Shown here: one piece after another, positions 9,973 through 19,735 of the stretch
How the letters are laid out: the number at the start of each line of letters is the position of its first letter
How positions within the stretch are numbered: the first letter of the stretch is position 1
DNA from: a virus
Taxonomy: Duplodnaviria > Caudoviricetes
Virus record (IMG/VR): IMGVR_UViG_3300007513_000041
Coordinates: 1 to 60,212 of that record
Reading direction: 5' to 3' (one strand)
DNA: 60,212 nt
The notes under the pieces: generated by a model
Told to the model about the DNA's origin: nothing
Seen by the model: only the letters and a program-made list of their open reading frames with translations
The model's database searches: none
Made by a program: the position numbers and the translations under genes

Positions 9973-10139
9973 TGTTTGATCAGTATTTTTTAGAGATATT
10001 ATGTGTGTGTTATCTTGTTGGTGGTATAACAATAGGTTACTATTTTAAATCATGGCGAGATAGAAATAAAAACAGTAAAACTGGTACAGGTAGATGGGAT
10101 TATAAAGATAGACATTTAGGAGATGGTGAATTTAAATGA
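9972..10139 (+). CDS. Single-TM micro-protein
   Basis: MFDQYFLEILCVCYLVGGITIGYYF...; coupled to neighbours. Confidence 0.5.
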   Translation: MFDQYFLEILCVCYLVGGITIGYYFKSWRDRNKNSKTGTGRWDYKDRHLGDGEFK

Positions 10140-10249
10140 ATAAACCATATGATATACGTCATTGTATTCACTGTGGTAAGGAGTTTTGTTGCACAGATGA
10201 AGTAATACTACATATAAAATCAAGACACATGGTGATAGGAAGTGGATAA
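10136..10249 (+). CDS. C2H2-type Zn-finger micro-protein
   Basis: CIHCGKEF...LHIKSRH. Confidence 0.6.
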   Translation: MNKPYDIRHCIHCGKEFCCTDEVILHIKSRHMVIGSG

Positions 10250-10355
10250 ATTATCAGAATATAAGAATGGACATTGTTTGAAATGTGGGTGTTATTTTCA
10301 AGTATCAGACGAAGTAGTAAAGGCAGTAGGGTGTGAATGTGATTGTCATGAATGA
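10242..10355 (+). CDS. Cys-rich micro-protein
   Basis: GTG start; CLKCGC...CECDCHE. Confidence 0.5.
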   Translation: MDKLSEYKNGHCLKCGCYFQVSDEVVKAVGCECDCHE

Positions 10356-10515
10356 TTTAGAAAGACATTTAGAAGAGTATAAGAAATATGAGTTGGAGTT
10401 AAATAAAAATATAGAAGTTGAAAAAGATCCACAACAACTATACTGGTTTAAAAACAGATTGAAATCTGTAACCAACAGAATAAGAGATGTAGAATACGAG
10501 ATAAAAAATGGCTAG
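10348..10515 (+). CDS. Small coiled-coil protein
   Basis: MNDLERHLEEY...; overlaps TerL start. Confidence 0.5.
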   Translation: MNDLERHLEEYKKYELELNKNIEVEKDPQQLYWFKNRLKSVTNRIRDVEYEIKNG

Positions 10516-11890
10516 ACCAAATAAAGAAGTATTGGAAGAAAGGGAAAACTTTCTACAAACAATAGCTGACTGTGCCAACAGTCCTAGTAAATTCAGCGAG
10601 GTGTTCTTAGAACATGACCTATTCCCATATAATAAGAAATATGTGGATTGTCAGGATAGATTCATAGTATATAGGAGTGGAAGACAGGTGGGTAAAACCA
10701 TGTCTACAGCAGTAAAGGCTTGTCATTTTGCGTTCTTTGCACCATTAATGCTTACATCAGTAAAGAATGAATGTGTCATAGTGATAGCAGCACCTACACA
10801 AAATCAGGCTACAATCATGTTTAATAGGATAAGAGACCTAATAACAGATAATGAATTTCTAAATGGGTTTATTGTAAGAAACACACAGACAGAATTATGG
10901 GTTAGATTTTTAGATAATACAGGAGTATCAAAACTAATAGTTAGGGCTACAGGAGAGACGGGTGTCAGTTTGAGAGGTTATTCTCCTCACTGTATAATAG
11001 CAGACGAGTGTTCTTTTATCAAGACAGATATACTTAGGGCTTTCTTACCTTCTGGTTTGGCAACAAAGGCTAGAATATGGTTGACATCTACACCATTTAG
11101 CAAAGCTGGGTATTTCTATGAAGCATGTCAAAACGCAAAACCCAAAAACCCTGAAGGTATGTGGACAGAGTTTCATGTAAAGTCTACGGAAAACCCATTG
11201 GTTAAGGAAGATCCTGCGTTTATAGAGGAAATTAAAAGGCTTACAAAAGAGGAATATATACAGGAGGTTGAGGGAGAATTCCTTGATATTGGTGATGCGT
11301 TAATACCAAACAGTCTTATCATGGAGGCTATGAGTGATAAAAGACCAAAGGGTAGAATGCGATATTATATGGGAGTTGATGTTGCACGAACAGGAAGAGA
11401 CGAAACCGTATATACTATAGTAGGAGTAGATGATGAAAACATCGTTTATCTTGAGGAGGTAGAAGCAGAGTCACAATCTAACGTTGTAGACGTTGCTGGT
11501 AGGATTAAGGAGTTTACACGAAGGTATAATCTGGAAACAATCTATATAGATGAAACAGGATTAGGTGGTGGTTTGGTGGATTTATCAAGAGAACAAGGCT
11601 CTCCTGTGAGAGGTGTTATATTTACCCTACAAGAGAAGGCAGAAATGTATAAAAATCTCAGATTATTATTTGAAAATCATAATATAAAACTCAAACAAAT
11701 AAACAAAATGGTCTATCAGCTCTCGTATTTACGAAGGGAATATACGGAAACAGGTATAATGAAGATAAAATCAGATGAACATGACGACTATCCAGACAGT
11801 TTAGTATTGGCTTGTAAGTCAGTTTATGCTGGGGATGGGTGGTTTGTTCTAAATGTAGGCAAGGGAATAAAGACAGCGATGGGTTTTTAA
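10508..11890 (+). CDS. terL: Terminase large subunit
   Basis: Walker A GRQVGKT, Walker B IIADE, TSTP, nuclease GVDVAR...IDETG...HDDYPDS. Confidence 0.95.
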   Translation: MARPNKEVLEERENFLQTIADCANSPSKFSEVFLEHDLFPYNKKYVDCQDRFIVYRSGRQVGKTMSTAVKACHFAFFAPLMLTSVKNECVIVIAAPTQNQATIMFNRIRDLITDNEFLNGFIVRNTQTELWVRFLDNTGVSKLIVRATGETGVSLRGYSPHCIIADECSFIKTDILRAFLPSGLATKARIWLTSTPFSKAGYFYEACQNAKPKNPEGMWTEFHVKSTENPLVKEDPAFIEEIKRLTKEEYIQEVEGEFLDIGDALIPNSLIMEAMSDKRPKGRMRYYMGVDVARTGRDETVYTIVGVDDENIVYLEEVEAESQSNVVDVAGRIKEFTRRYNLETIYIDETGLGGGLVDLSREQGSPVRGVIFTLQEKAEMYKNLRLLFENHNIKLKQINKMVYQLSYLRREYTETGIMKIKSDEHDDYPDSLVLACKSVYAGDGWFVLNVGKGIKTAMGF

Positions 11891-11922
11891 TATTTAAATA
11901 TTATAATGATAAGGTAATATAA

Positions 11923-14496
11923 ATGGCAAAAGTAGCAGAATCAGAACCATTGGACTTGGAAGATGAAGTTAAACCAATAAAGGATGAGATAAAAAAACCT
12001 AATATATTCCTTAAACATTGGAAAAAGAAAGACACACCATACGGTAATGATTATACAACCAATTTCGCTCAAGCACCAGATTCACCTAGATACCCTGATG
12101 AAGATAAGGGATATAAAAGCGAGACATATATAGGTGGAAAAAAGAAAGACCTAGGAGAAAGAGAACCTGAAAATTCTGACAAGTTTCAACAGTGGAAAAA
12201 ACAACAACAAAAATTAGGTAAAACACCTGAAATTTTAAGAAGGGAACAACAGGTGAACGATGATGAAGCAGCAGCAAGTTATATGGGAGATGTTGCACAA
12301 CAAAAGGTAGGAACTAGAGTTAACGATTTATCCACTAATGCAGGAAAATATTTTAAGACTCAGCCAAAACATGTAAGACAACATTATGAACATGAAAATT
12401 ATGATCCAGACTTGGCAGAAAAATGGAAAGCAAAATTAAACAAGATAAGCCAAGTACACTTAATGAACGTAGATGATGAATCTCCACCAACAGAGAAAGG
12501 TCTCACTCATAACGCTGACGCTAGTCAGGCAACAAAAGGTATAAAACCAATAGAAAAAATATTACCAGCAATACCAATGTTAGCTAACATAGCTACCAGT
12601 TTGGCTTCAGGTGGTGGTGACGAAGAAGAAGAAACTAATAAATCATATCACTCAAACTGTCCATATTGTAACGGTAAATCAAATAATAAACAACATGATG
12701 AAAATCCTGACAAGTTTCATGCTTGGATGGACACACAAAAATCATGGTTAGATATCAGTAAAGGTATAGAAAAAACATATGAAGCTATAGAGAAACTTGA
12801 AAGTGCTGATCCGTCAAAAACTCAGCATCAGCCAAAAAGAAGAAGGGCGCACATAATGGATGCAGGAAAACCAGCCAAAGATATAAGATCAAAAAGAGAA
12901 GATACAGATTTAGATTTAAAAAGACAGAATACTGGGGTAGTACCTAAAGGTGATATACGAACAATAGGAAGTTTTGACTCTGCAGGAAACTGGATTAATC
13001 CACAAGAGAGGGAGAGAATAACTCCACCAGAACATAAAATTAATCCAAACCCAAAAATTCCTACAGTTAATGAACCTAGAAGTAAAGCATCTCCAATGGA
13101 TACTAGACCACAACCAGATGCTAGGGATAGAATAACACCACGATTAAGTGGTGGTTTTATTCAAGATCATCCAATAAATCCAGTAAAACCAAAACCAGAG
13201 AGAGAAACACCACAAGGAAACAGTTCTCCTAATCTTAAACCAAAAGAGAGAAAGGGTGTAAAAGGATTTCTAAGTGATAAGAATCCATTCAGTGGCAGGA
13301 AGCAAAAACCACAAGAGGAGGGGTATATTATAGATGATATTGGTAATATAGGCGTAAAGGTAGGAGGAGACAAACCTAATCAAAAAGCACCAGATGTAGA
13401 GGGTAAACCAGTAGATATAGGTAAATCTTTTTATTCTTTAAGAACGAAAGATGGGTATGGATCAGGTGATTTGAGTCTGCAAAACGTAACACCAAACACA
13501 GTAGTTAATGATAAAGAAACTTATATAGGTCAAACAGCAAATAGTAAGCATAGGATGGTTGACAGAAACAAAATCACAAAGACAAAGGTAGGAGATGACA
13601 TACATTTCTTTGTTAATGGAGTAGAAGACAGAGGAGTTGTTGTCAAAATGGGTAGTGAGTATCTTCAAGTTTTTAAGGAAGATGGACATTTTCATGATAT
13701 ACATATAAATGATACGTTCTTTGTAAAGGATATAATAGTAAACAAAGAGTGGGATAAAATGGATGCACCAGAAAGATACGAAGCATTACAAAAAATACAT
13801 GCACCATCACCAAGATTTATAGGAAAGAGTTGGGCTGAATTACCAATAGAGATAACAGAATTATTAACCAAGAGAACCAACACAGGAGCAAGAATACCAT
13901 CAGAATCTGGATCTATGGGAGCAGCAAGTACAGAATTACCACCAAGACATGATAATGAAACACCAAATGTTGAAGATGAGAACACAAAATACTATAGCGC
14001 ATATAGTCGTAAACTATTAGGAACAGGAGCAAAAGGAAAACTTTTACAACAAAATGAGAAAGATCCAAAAAAAGTTAATCAGTTGCTGGGTAAAGAATAT
14101 GATAAAACACAGCCATCACGTTATTTAGAAATACCATCATACCAAGAAAAATCAGATGTAGAGGAAGGAACTTATGGTAATGTAGGTAACACATCAGATG
14201 TAGCACCAAGTACAAGTACAAACTTAGACGTTTCGGAATCAACAGGTTATGAAGAAAGACCACACATATCTGTGGAAGAAGTAGGCTCACTGCCAAGGAG
14301 AGATGCAAAAGATAACGGTGATGACGAGACCAAAGAAAAAGAAGATGATATTAAAGAGCCAAAAGAATCCAAAGATACTCAAAAGGTAGGAGTTCCAACA
14401 GCAAATTATAACACATTTGGAATAACATATTCCGTAAAGGCTAACACTGTTTGGAATAAAAAAACCCAAAGGTGGGAGCAAAAAGATGAATATTAA
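11923..14496 (+). CDS. Large low-complexity protein, candidate internal virion polyprotein
   Basis: Mostly hydrophilic; recurring xxK-[SAT] motifs; SH3/KOW-like segment KVGDDIHF...GVVVK. Confidence 0.55.
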   Translation: MAKVAESEPLDLEDEVKPIKDEIKKPNIFLKHWKKKDTPYGNDYTTNFAQAPDSPRYPDEDKGYKSETYIGGKKKDLGEREPENSDKFQQWKKQQQKLGKTPEILRREQQVNDDEAAASYMGDVAQQKVGTRVNDLSTNAGKYFKTQPKHVRQHYEHENYDPDLAEKWKAKLNKISQVHLMNVDDESPPTEKGLTHNADASQATKGIKPIEKILPAIPMLANIATSLASGGGDEEEETNKSYHSNCPYCNGKSNNKQHDENPDKFHAWMDTQKSWLDISKGIEKTYEAIEKLESADPSKTQHQPKRRRAHIMDAGKPAKDIRSKREDTDLDLKRQNTGVVPKGDIRTIGSFDSAGNWINPQERERITPPEHKINPNPKIPTVNEPRSKASPMDTRPQPDARDRITPRLSGGFIQDHPINPVKPKPERETPQGNSSPNLKPKERKGVKGFLSDKNPFSGRKQKPQEEGYIIDDIGNIGVKVGGDKPNQKAPDVEGKPVDIGKSFYSLRTKDGYGSGDLSLQNVTPNTVVNDKETYIGQTANSKHRMVDRNKITKTKVGDDIHFFVNGVEDRGVVVKMGSEYLQVFKEDGHFHDIHINDTFFVKDIIVNKEWDKMDAPERYEALQKIHAPSPRFIGKSWAELPIEITELLTKRTNTGARIPSESGSMGAASTELPPRHDNETPNVEDENTKYYSAYSRKLLGTGAKGKLLQQNEKDPKKVNQLLGKEYDKTQPSRYLEIPSYQEKSDVEEGTYGNVGNTSDVAPSTSTNLDVSESTGYEERPHISVEEVGSLPRRDAKDNGDDETKEKEDDIKEPKESKDTQKVGVPTANYNTFGITYSVKANTVWNKKTQRWEQKDEY

Positions 14497-16528
14497 AAAA
14501 CTTGCAAGAGAGCTTGCAGATAAATCAGCTCCAAGAGAATACCTAGAATCAAAAACACTTCCAGCACGAAACAACCAAAAAGAACCAAAAGGTCAATCTC
14601 ATGGAAGTCAAAGCACAAGAGAAAGAGAGGGTAATATGAATTGGGTAGACGCATTAGAACCTTCACCTTTAAAAGACCCAAGAACAATAGGGCGCAAACA
14701 AGAAGCTGGCAGTCCAGCCGATGCACGATATTTGTATGGAGATGCAACCAATGATACGACTGGATTACCAAGAGGTTTCAAGGGTGATATTAAAAGGGCT
14801 TCAGAAGCACTTTCAAAAGCAGAAAGAATTGCAAGCAGGGGTCTTCAAACAAGAAGAACTGGTGAAAGAGGAGTAGAGGGAGCTAGAGGAAAAGATTGGT
14901 GGAAATATTTTAAATCACGTAAACAACATGGAGATGAAACATCAGATGATCGTAGAGAAGAAGAAATTGCCTTGAATATCAAGTCAGAAGACTTTAAGAA
15001 ATTAAAACCACTATACCAAGGAGATGCAGAAGAGAAAAATAAGGGTAGATTTGATAGGGCAGATACAAGATTAGATGACATAAGCGAGTCAGATTCATTT
15101 GAAGATAAACAGAGAAAGCTACATGAAGTAGGGCGCAGACATGGAGAATATTTGGGTAAGCCTAAAAAACTACCAACAGAAGATCATGAAGGTAAAATGA
15201 TAGGAGATCAAGGAAGAATACAAGAATTATTAAGGAGTAAGTCAGACTTTGACGCTTTGCTTAATGCAATAAATCTTAACATACTTAATTCATATTCAAA
15301 GTTTAGGAATAAGGATGACAGTTTAGATAGTTTTATTGCAAGTGAGAAAAAACGAACTGGTGAAACAGACAACCCAACAAAATTAGAAAAACCAAAGGGA
15401 ACTGTTCGAGAGTCAGCATTGGGAGATTCAACTTTAGAATATCAGTTATCTAGAAGAGGCAAACCAAGTAAACAGGAATCGCGACACTACCAGTTAGATA
15501 GAAGGATTGCTTCGCCTAAGTATGATAAAGAAGGTAAAGTAATACCAAAGCAAGAACCAAAAGAAGAACCAAGAAAGAACCCATATAAACAGGATGAGAA
15601 AGGAAAATATATCAGGGGAACAGGTTATGAAAAACCAGTGACAGGATCTAGAACACAACAAGACCGAACAAGAGGAGGTGGTAAAGCACAGGCACAGCAC
15701 ACAATAAGAACCAGTGATAGACATGAAGGAACACATCAAGCTGGCACACATGGAAGATACGGTTTATTCTCTAATCCAAATACTGACGCAGGTGGGCGCA
15801 AAGGTGTTCATGGAGAGAATAATATTCTTGGAATTGAAACACAAGAGCCATTAGCACCACACAGACATTTAAGAGAACAGGATAAGGAAGGAAAGATAGT
15901 GAGAAATAGATATTCAACAGACCCTACTAATGTAAAATGGAGAAAGGGTGGAAAACCATACGATGAAAAAGATCAGAAAAAGAGAATCGAAGCTGGTATG
16001 AAAAGACTAAAAGCAAACCTAACTGAACTTATGAAAAAAATACAAGATACAACATTTGGAACAACATACGAGGACACAGGTGGACTTACACAAAATATAC
16101 CATCAGGAGAAACATTTGGAGATCAAAGATTTAGGGGTAAACCAGCAGGAGTAAAACATAGGAAACCAAAAAACGAAGAGGAGCGGGCAGAAAACACTGA
16201 AGGTAAAAAACTTCTTGGTGATCAATGGAATAAAGACTTTGCAATGCATTATATATCACCAGACAAGAAAGAAGCAGAGAGATATCAGAATTTTAAAAAG
16301 ACCTTAAAGGCATTAATGATGGCAAAATTATCACCAGTATCATTCAATTATACTTACAAAGGATGGGGTAATACATATGAGAGAGGACAAACAAAGAATG
16401 TGGAAACACAAGACCATTCAAGAACAGGCAACACAAACACTAATCAGACCTACAAAAAAGACAAGGATGATCTCACTATAAAGAGCCTAGACGAAGTATA
16501 CAAAGAGTGGAAGAAAAAAGTTGAATGA
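14486..16528 (+). CDS. Large basic low-complexity protein, candidate internal virion polyprotein
   Basis: K/R/G-rich; recurring xxK-[SAD] motifs. Confidence 0.55.
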   Translation: MNIKKLARELADKSAPREYLESKTLPARNNQKEPKGQSHGSQSTREREGNMNWVDALEPSPLKDPRTIGRKQEAGSPADARYLYGDATNDTTGLPRGFKGDIKRASEALSKAERIASRGLQTRRTGERGVEGARGKDWWKYFKSRKQHGDETSDDRREEEIALNIKSEDFKKLKPLYQGDAEEKNKGRFDRADTRLDDISESDSFEDKQRKLHEVGRRHGEYLGKPKKLPTEDHEGKMIGDQGRIQELLRSKSDFDALLNAINLNILNSYSKFRNKDDSLDSFIASEKKRTGETDNPTKLEKPKGTVRESALGDSTLEYQLSRRGKPSKQESRHYQLDRRIASPKYDKEGKVIPKQEPKEEPRKNPYKQDEKGKYIRGTGYEKPVTGSRTQQDRTRGGGKAQAQHTIRTSDRHEGTHQAGTHGRYGLFSNPNTDAGGRKGVHGENNILGIETQEPLAPHRHLREQDKEGKIVRNRYSTDPTNVKWRKGGKPYDEKDQKKRIEAGMKRLKANLTELMKKIQDTTFGTTYEDTGGLTQNIPSGETFGDQRFRGKPAGVKHRKPKNEEERAENTEGKKLLGDQWNKDFAMHYISPDKKEAERYQNFKKTLKALMMAKLSPVSFNYTYKGWGNTYERGQTKNVETQDHSRTGNTNTNQTYKKDKDDLTIKSLDEVYKEWKKKVE

Positions 16529-16733
16529 TAGTATATTTGGAATTGTGGTCACGATTTTGATTTTAGGGGTAGTCCTTGCTGTTAGTGTAGGATCACAAGG
16601 TGGAGTAGACTTTCCATCATATAACCCAAATGGCGCTCAAACTAAAAGTATTGAGCAAATAAAGGCAGATAATATTTCTGAGAATCAAGATGCGTTGAAA
16701 AAATATTGTGAAGCGCTTAATATAAACTGCTGA
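16521..16733 (+). CDS. Small membrane-anchored protein
   Basis: N-terminal TM helix, C-terminal YC...C. Confidence 0.6.
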   Translation: MNDSIFGIVVTILILGVVLAVSVGSQGGVDFPSYNPNGAQTKSIEQIKADNISENQDALKKYCEALNINC

Positions 16734-16767
16734 CAAGCCTTAAATACCACCTATATATAGTTATTTT

Positions 16768-16896
16768 ATGAGAAGGGAAGAACCCAAAGTATGTATAGAA
16801 TGTGGCTCATCTTTACCATTCAGATATAAGGGTAGGCAGAAGATATACTGTTCTGATTTTTGTCGTAAAACTTATACAAAAAAAATAAAAAAGTAG
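16768..16896 (+). CDS. Zn-ribbon micro-protein
   Basis: CIECG...YCSDFC. Confidence 0.6.
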   Translation: MRREEPKVCIECGSSLPFRYKGRQKIYCSDFCRKTYTKKIKK

Positions 16897-16900
16897 GGGG

Positions 16901-17605
16901 TTATAATCCCAATACATCGACCATTATTCGTAGTTGTTCCATAGCTATGTTATACCAGTTATCTGATAATGCTTTCCATGAATCACGATCTGCTTCTACT
17001 TCTGCCTTTTCAGACGTTAGTGTTGAAACCTGTGATTCGAGAGATGATATCTGGTTGTCATATGATGTGGTATCAAATTCCTGTGCTTCTAATATAGTAA
17101 CTTGCTGTGTCAATGAGGAAACCTCAGTTTGCAGTAGTGCTATAGTCTCAAGTGCTGCAGTATATTCTGCAGTTATATCCATGAGTTCTTCCTGTATGTC
17201 TACCAAGTCATACGTTACGGTATCTTCTGATACACCCTGTTCACCACAAACTGTGATAACTAATGGTGTTGTCTCATAAGATCTGTCATAGTATGTATGT
17301 TCTCCACATGCGTTGAACTGAACTGTCCATGTTGGAGTCCAATTATCTATTAGATAACAACTCTCTTCAGTATATGGAACTGCGAATGGGTCGCTTATAC
17401 AGTGTGGTTCTAATTCCTGAACACTGCCATAGTCTCGCAGGTCTGTATTCTCAAACACAACTGAGTCATTTATATCAATAAGTAACTCAGTCTGACTGAA
17501 ACCATTGAGACCAACTTCGACTGTCTGTTCTTCTGCGTACGCAGTAGTGCCTGTTAGGACTACTAATCCTAGAAGAACTGCCAATACTGTTGTTGGTGTT
17601 TTCAT
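16901..17605 (-). CDS. Secreted cupredoxin-like protein with C-terminal coiled coil
   Basis: Signal peptide ending AYA; GFSQTELLIDINDSVVFENTD...PH...GEHTYYD; heptad-rich tail. Confidence 0.6.
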   Translation of the reverse strand: MKTPTTVLAVLLGLVVLTGTTAYAEEQTVEVGLNGFSQTELLIDINDSVVFENTDLRDYGSVQELEPHCISDPFAVPYTEESCYLIDNWTPTWTVQFNACGEHTYYDRSYETTPLVITVCGEQGVSEDTVTYDLVDIQEELMDITAEYTAALETIALLQTEVSSLTQQVTILEAQEFDTTSYDNQISSLESQVSTLTSEKAEVEADRDSWKALSDNWYNIAMEQLRIMVDVLGL

Positions 17606-17638
17606 AAAAATAGAATGTGGTATAACACATATAAGTGT

Positions 17639-18037
17639 TTAGTTTTGTTTTTGTTGATCTGTTACCCACAATAACTGATCGGTGAACTTTGATCTTATTT
17701 GTCCAAATGTGTTTGAACTTATATCAAGTTCTGGATATAGGTCTTTTGTCATATGGTGTGCAACCACAATGTATTGTAATAACACATCTGCTGTCTGCTT
17801 AACACTATCTGCTACATCAACGTCAGGAACTTTAAACAAGACAACTTCTGGTCTTGAAGGGCTTCCTGATCCATATGTTTTTTGTGAGGTTAAAGAACCT
17901 CCTTGTTGTGAGAAACAAGAGTCGTCTGCACAAATAGCTCTAGGCTGTTTTTGGTAATTAATGTTGTTTCCTATCTCCCATGTAGCTCCACAAAGTTTGC
18001 AAGAGCCACTGTATTTTGCTTTAATTATTGCTCCCAT
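17639..18037 (-). CDS. Zn-finger protein
   Basis: AKYSGSCKLC...ICADDSC. Confidence 0.55.
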   Translation of the reverse strand: MGAIIKAKYSGSCKLCGATWEIGNNINYQKQPRAICADDSCFSQQGGSLTSQKTYGSGSPSRPEVVLFKVPDVDVADSVKQTADVLLQYIVVAHHMTKDLYPELDISSNTFGQIRSKFTDQLLWVTDQQKQN

Positions 18038-18100
18038 GAAACAAGATAAATTACCTCTTATATAAATCTATCTTTATAAACATGGAAAACAAATAAAATT

Positions 18101-18925
18101 ATGAATGTAAGGGTTATAGTAATTGTATTATGCATAGTATGTTTAGTATGGAGTAGTTTCATAGTGTTTGCTTATGCAGATAGGTTAGAAACTTTGGGAG
18201 TAAGACATAGGGATTCTCCTATTGTATGTATATTTGAGCCTAACCCTGAACATACAAGCAGTGTTACAGGAGTTATAAACACAACGGAGAATGCAATATC
18301 TGATTGGGAGTATGCTCTTAACAAACATTCACCAAATGGTAATTGGGATTTAATGACATTTGTAATACCGTTTGAATATCATGATAGACAATCAGTAAAG
18401 AATTACACCGTATGTAATATAATGATATCATTCGAGGAGTTCAATTTTACTAACAACAGTCTAGGATATGCATCAATAGATTTTTCAAAGTCTTCGCATA
18501 AATTCATACATATAGTTTCATTCCTAAATGGTTATGATAATAGTTTAAAAATTAATATGCCAAAGGTAATTATTGGCAAGGATACAAGTATTGATGAACC
18601 AGTGGTTATAACACTTGAAAGGGTAGAATATCCTTTGATTGGAATTAAGAATATATTAATTCATGAGATAGGTCATGGATTAGGATTAGGACATTACAGT
18701 ATAACAGATGCACCTATAGGTAATCCTTGGGATAGATCGGTTATGTATTATGCAATTAACCCATTCGATGATTATGAGATAAAACCAACATATGCTGACG
18801 TAAAACTTGCAGAAAAAATATATGGGGATGACGGATTTGAAGGATCTATACCTGCATTGATACCTAGAGTTAATTGGTACACAGTTGGAGATGTGGAAAT
18901 ATGCTCATTCAAATGCGATAAGTAG
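18101..18925 (+). CDS. Secreted matrixin-like (metzincin) zinc metalloprotease
   Basis: Signal peptide; HEIGHGLGLGH; Met-turn SVMYY. Confidence 0.88.
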   Translation: MNVRVIVIVLCIVCLVWSSFIVFAYADRLETLGVRHRDSPIVCIFEPNPEHTSSVTGVINTTENAISDWEYALNKHSPNGNWDLMTFVIPFEYHDRQSVKNYTVCNIMISFEEFNFTNNSLGYASIDFSKSSHKFIHIVSFLNGYDNSLKINMPKVIIGKDTSIDEPVVITLERVEYPLIGIKNILIHEIGHGLGLGHYSITDAPIGNPWDRSVMYYAINPFDDYEIKPTYADVKLAEKIYGDDGFEGSIPALIPRVNWYTVGDVEICSFKCDK

Positions 18926-18955
18926 ATTTATATAACACTTGTTATAACAGACCTT

Positions 18956-19180
18956 ATGGCTAGACGAAAGCAAGGTAATTCGCATACAACAATTAGTATA
19001 ACTTGGGAAGACAAGGAGGAATTTAGAAGGTATGCAAAATATGAAAAACAAACCAGAACAGGCAAAAGATATGAGTCAGATGCTACACTTTTCAAAAGAC
19101 TGTTAGAAGAGTTTAAGAAACATAACAGTATTTCAGACGGTGAATTATCACACTCAACATATCCAAGTCGTTCTTCCTAA
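18956..19180 (+). CDS. Ribbon-helix-helix-like DNA-binding protein
   Basis: HTTISIT strand, helix, ESDATLFKRLL. Confidence 0.55.
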   Translation: MARRKQGNSHTTISITWEDKEEFRRYAKYEKQTRTGKRYESDATLFKRLLEEFKKHNSISDGELSHSTYPSRSS

Positions 19181-19230
19181 TTTTTATTCAATAACATACA
19201 TTTATATTGAAGATATTATATAGTGATTTC

Positions 19231-19569
19231 ATGAATGTTTCAGAAGTATTGAACATAGAAGGTTCTTTCAACAGCACTCCTTTAGCAGAGGGAGACAAGG
19301 TTACCATTCAGAGCTTCAGCGTTAAGCATGTAGACTCTGTTGATAGCGATGTTGCAGAGATAAAAACCACAAACGGAGTAAGACATTCTTTTGCTAAGGC
19401 AATAGTTGGTCAGGCTAAATCTGATCATTGGGTTGACTTGGTAAAGAAATGTGTTACAAAAGATGCTAGTGATGGGCTAGATGCTTGGGTGATTTCAAAA
19501 CCTGCAGAGGGTTCTAACAGAACTATGTTAGCACTAAGTATGTTCCCAGCAAAACCACAGCAATCTTAA
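19231..19569 (+). CDS. Possible OB-fold ssDNA-binding protein
   Basis: Beta-rich small protein in the replication module; own TATA box and T-run terminator. Confidence 0.35.
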   Translation: MNVSEVLNIEGSFNSTPLAEGDKVTIQSFSVKHVDSVDSDVAEIKTTNGVRHSFAKAIVGQAKSDHWVDLVKKCVTKDASDGLDAWVISKPAEGSNRTMLALSMFPAKPQQS

Positions 19570-19571
19570 CC

Positions 19572-19585
19572 TTTTTTTTTATTTT
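19572..19585 (+). terminator. Oligo-T archaeal terminator
   Basis: Run of T immediately after stop. Confidence 0.6.
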
Positions 19586-19621
19586 AAAAACATTTATTAA
19601 TATCTAAAATAATATATCTTT

Positions 19622-19735
19622 ATGGTTAGGAAATGCCCTAAATGTAAGTCAGATTGGCTAGTTGAATTTGAGACTAAATATACTAAGAAAGGATATTATT
19701 GTGATAAGTGTGATCATGAGTGGGTTGTCAAATGA
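19622..19735 (+). CDS. Zn-ribbon micro-protein (TFS/RpoM-ribbon-like)
   Basis: MVRKCPKCKS...YYCDKCDHEW. Confidence 0.6.
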   Translation: MVRKCPKCKSDWLVEFETKYTKKGYYCDKCDHEWVVK

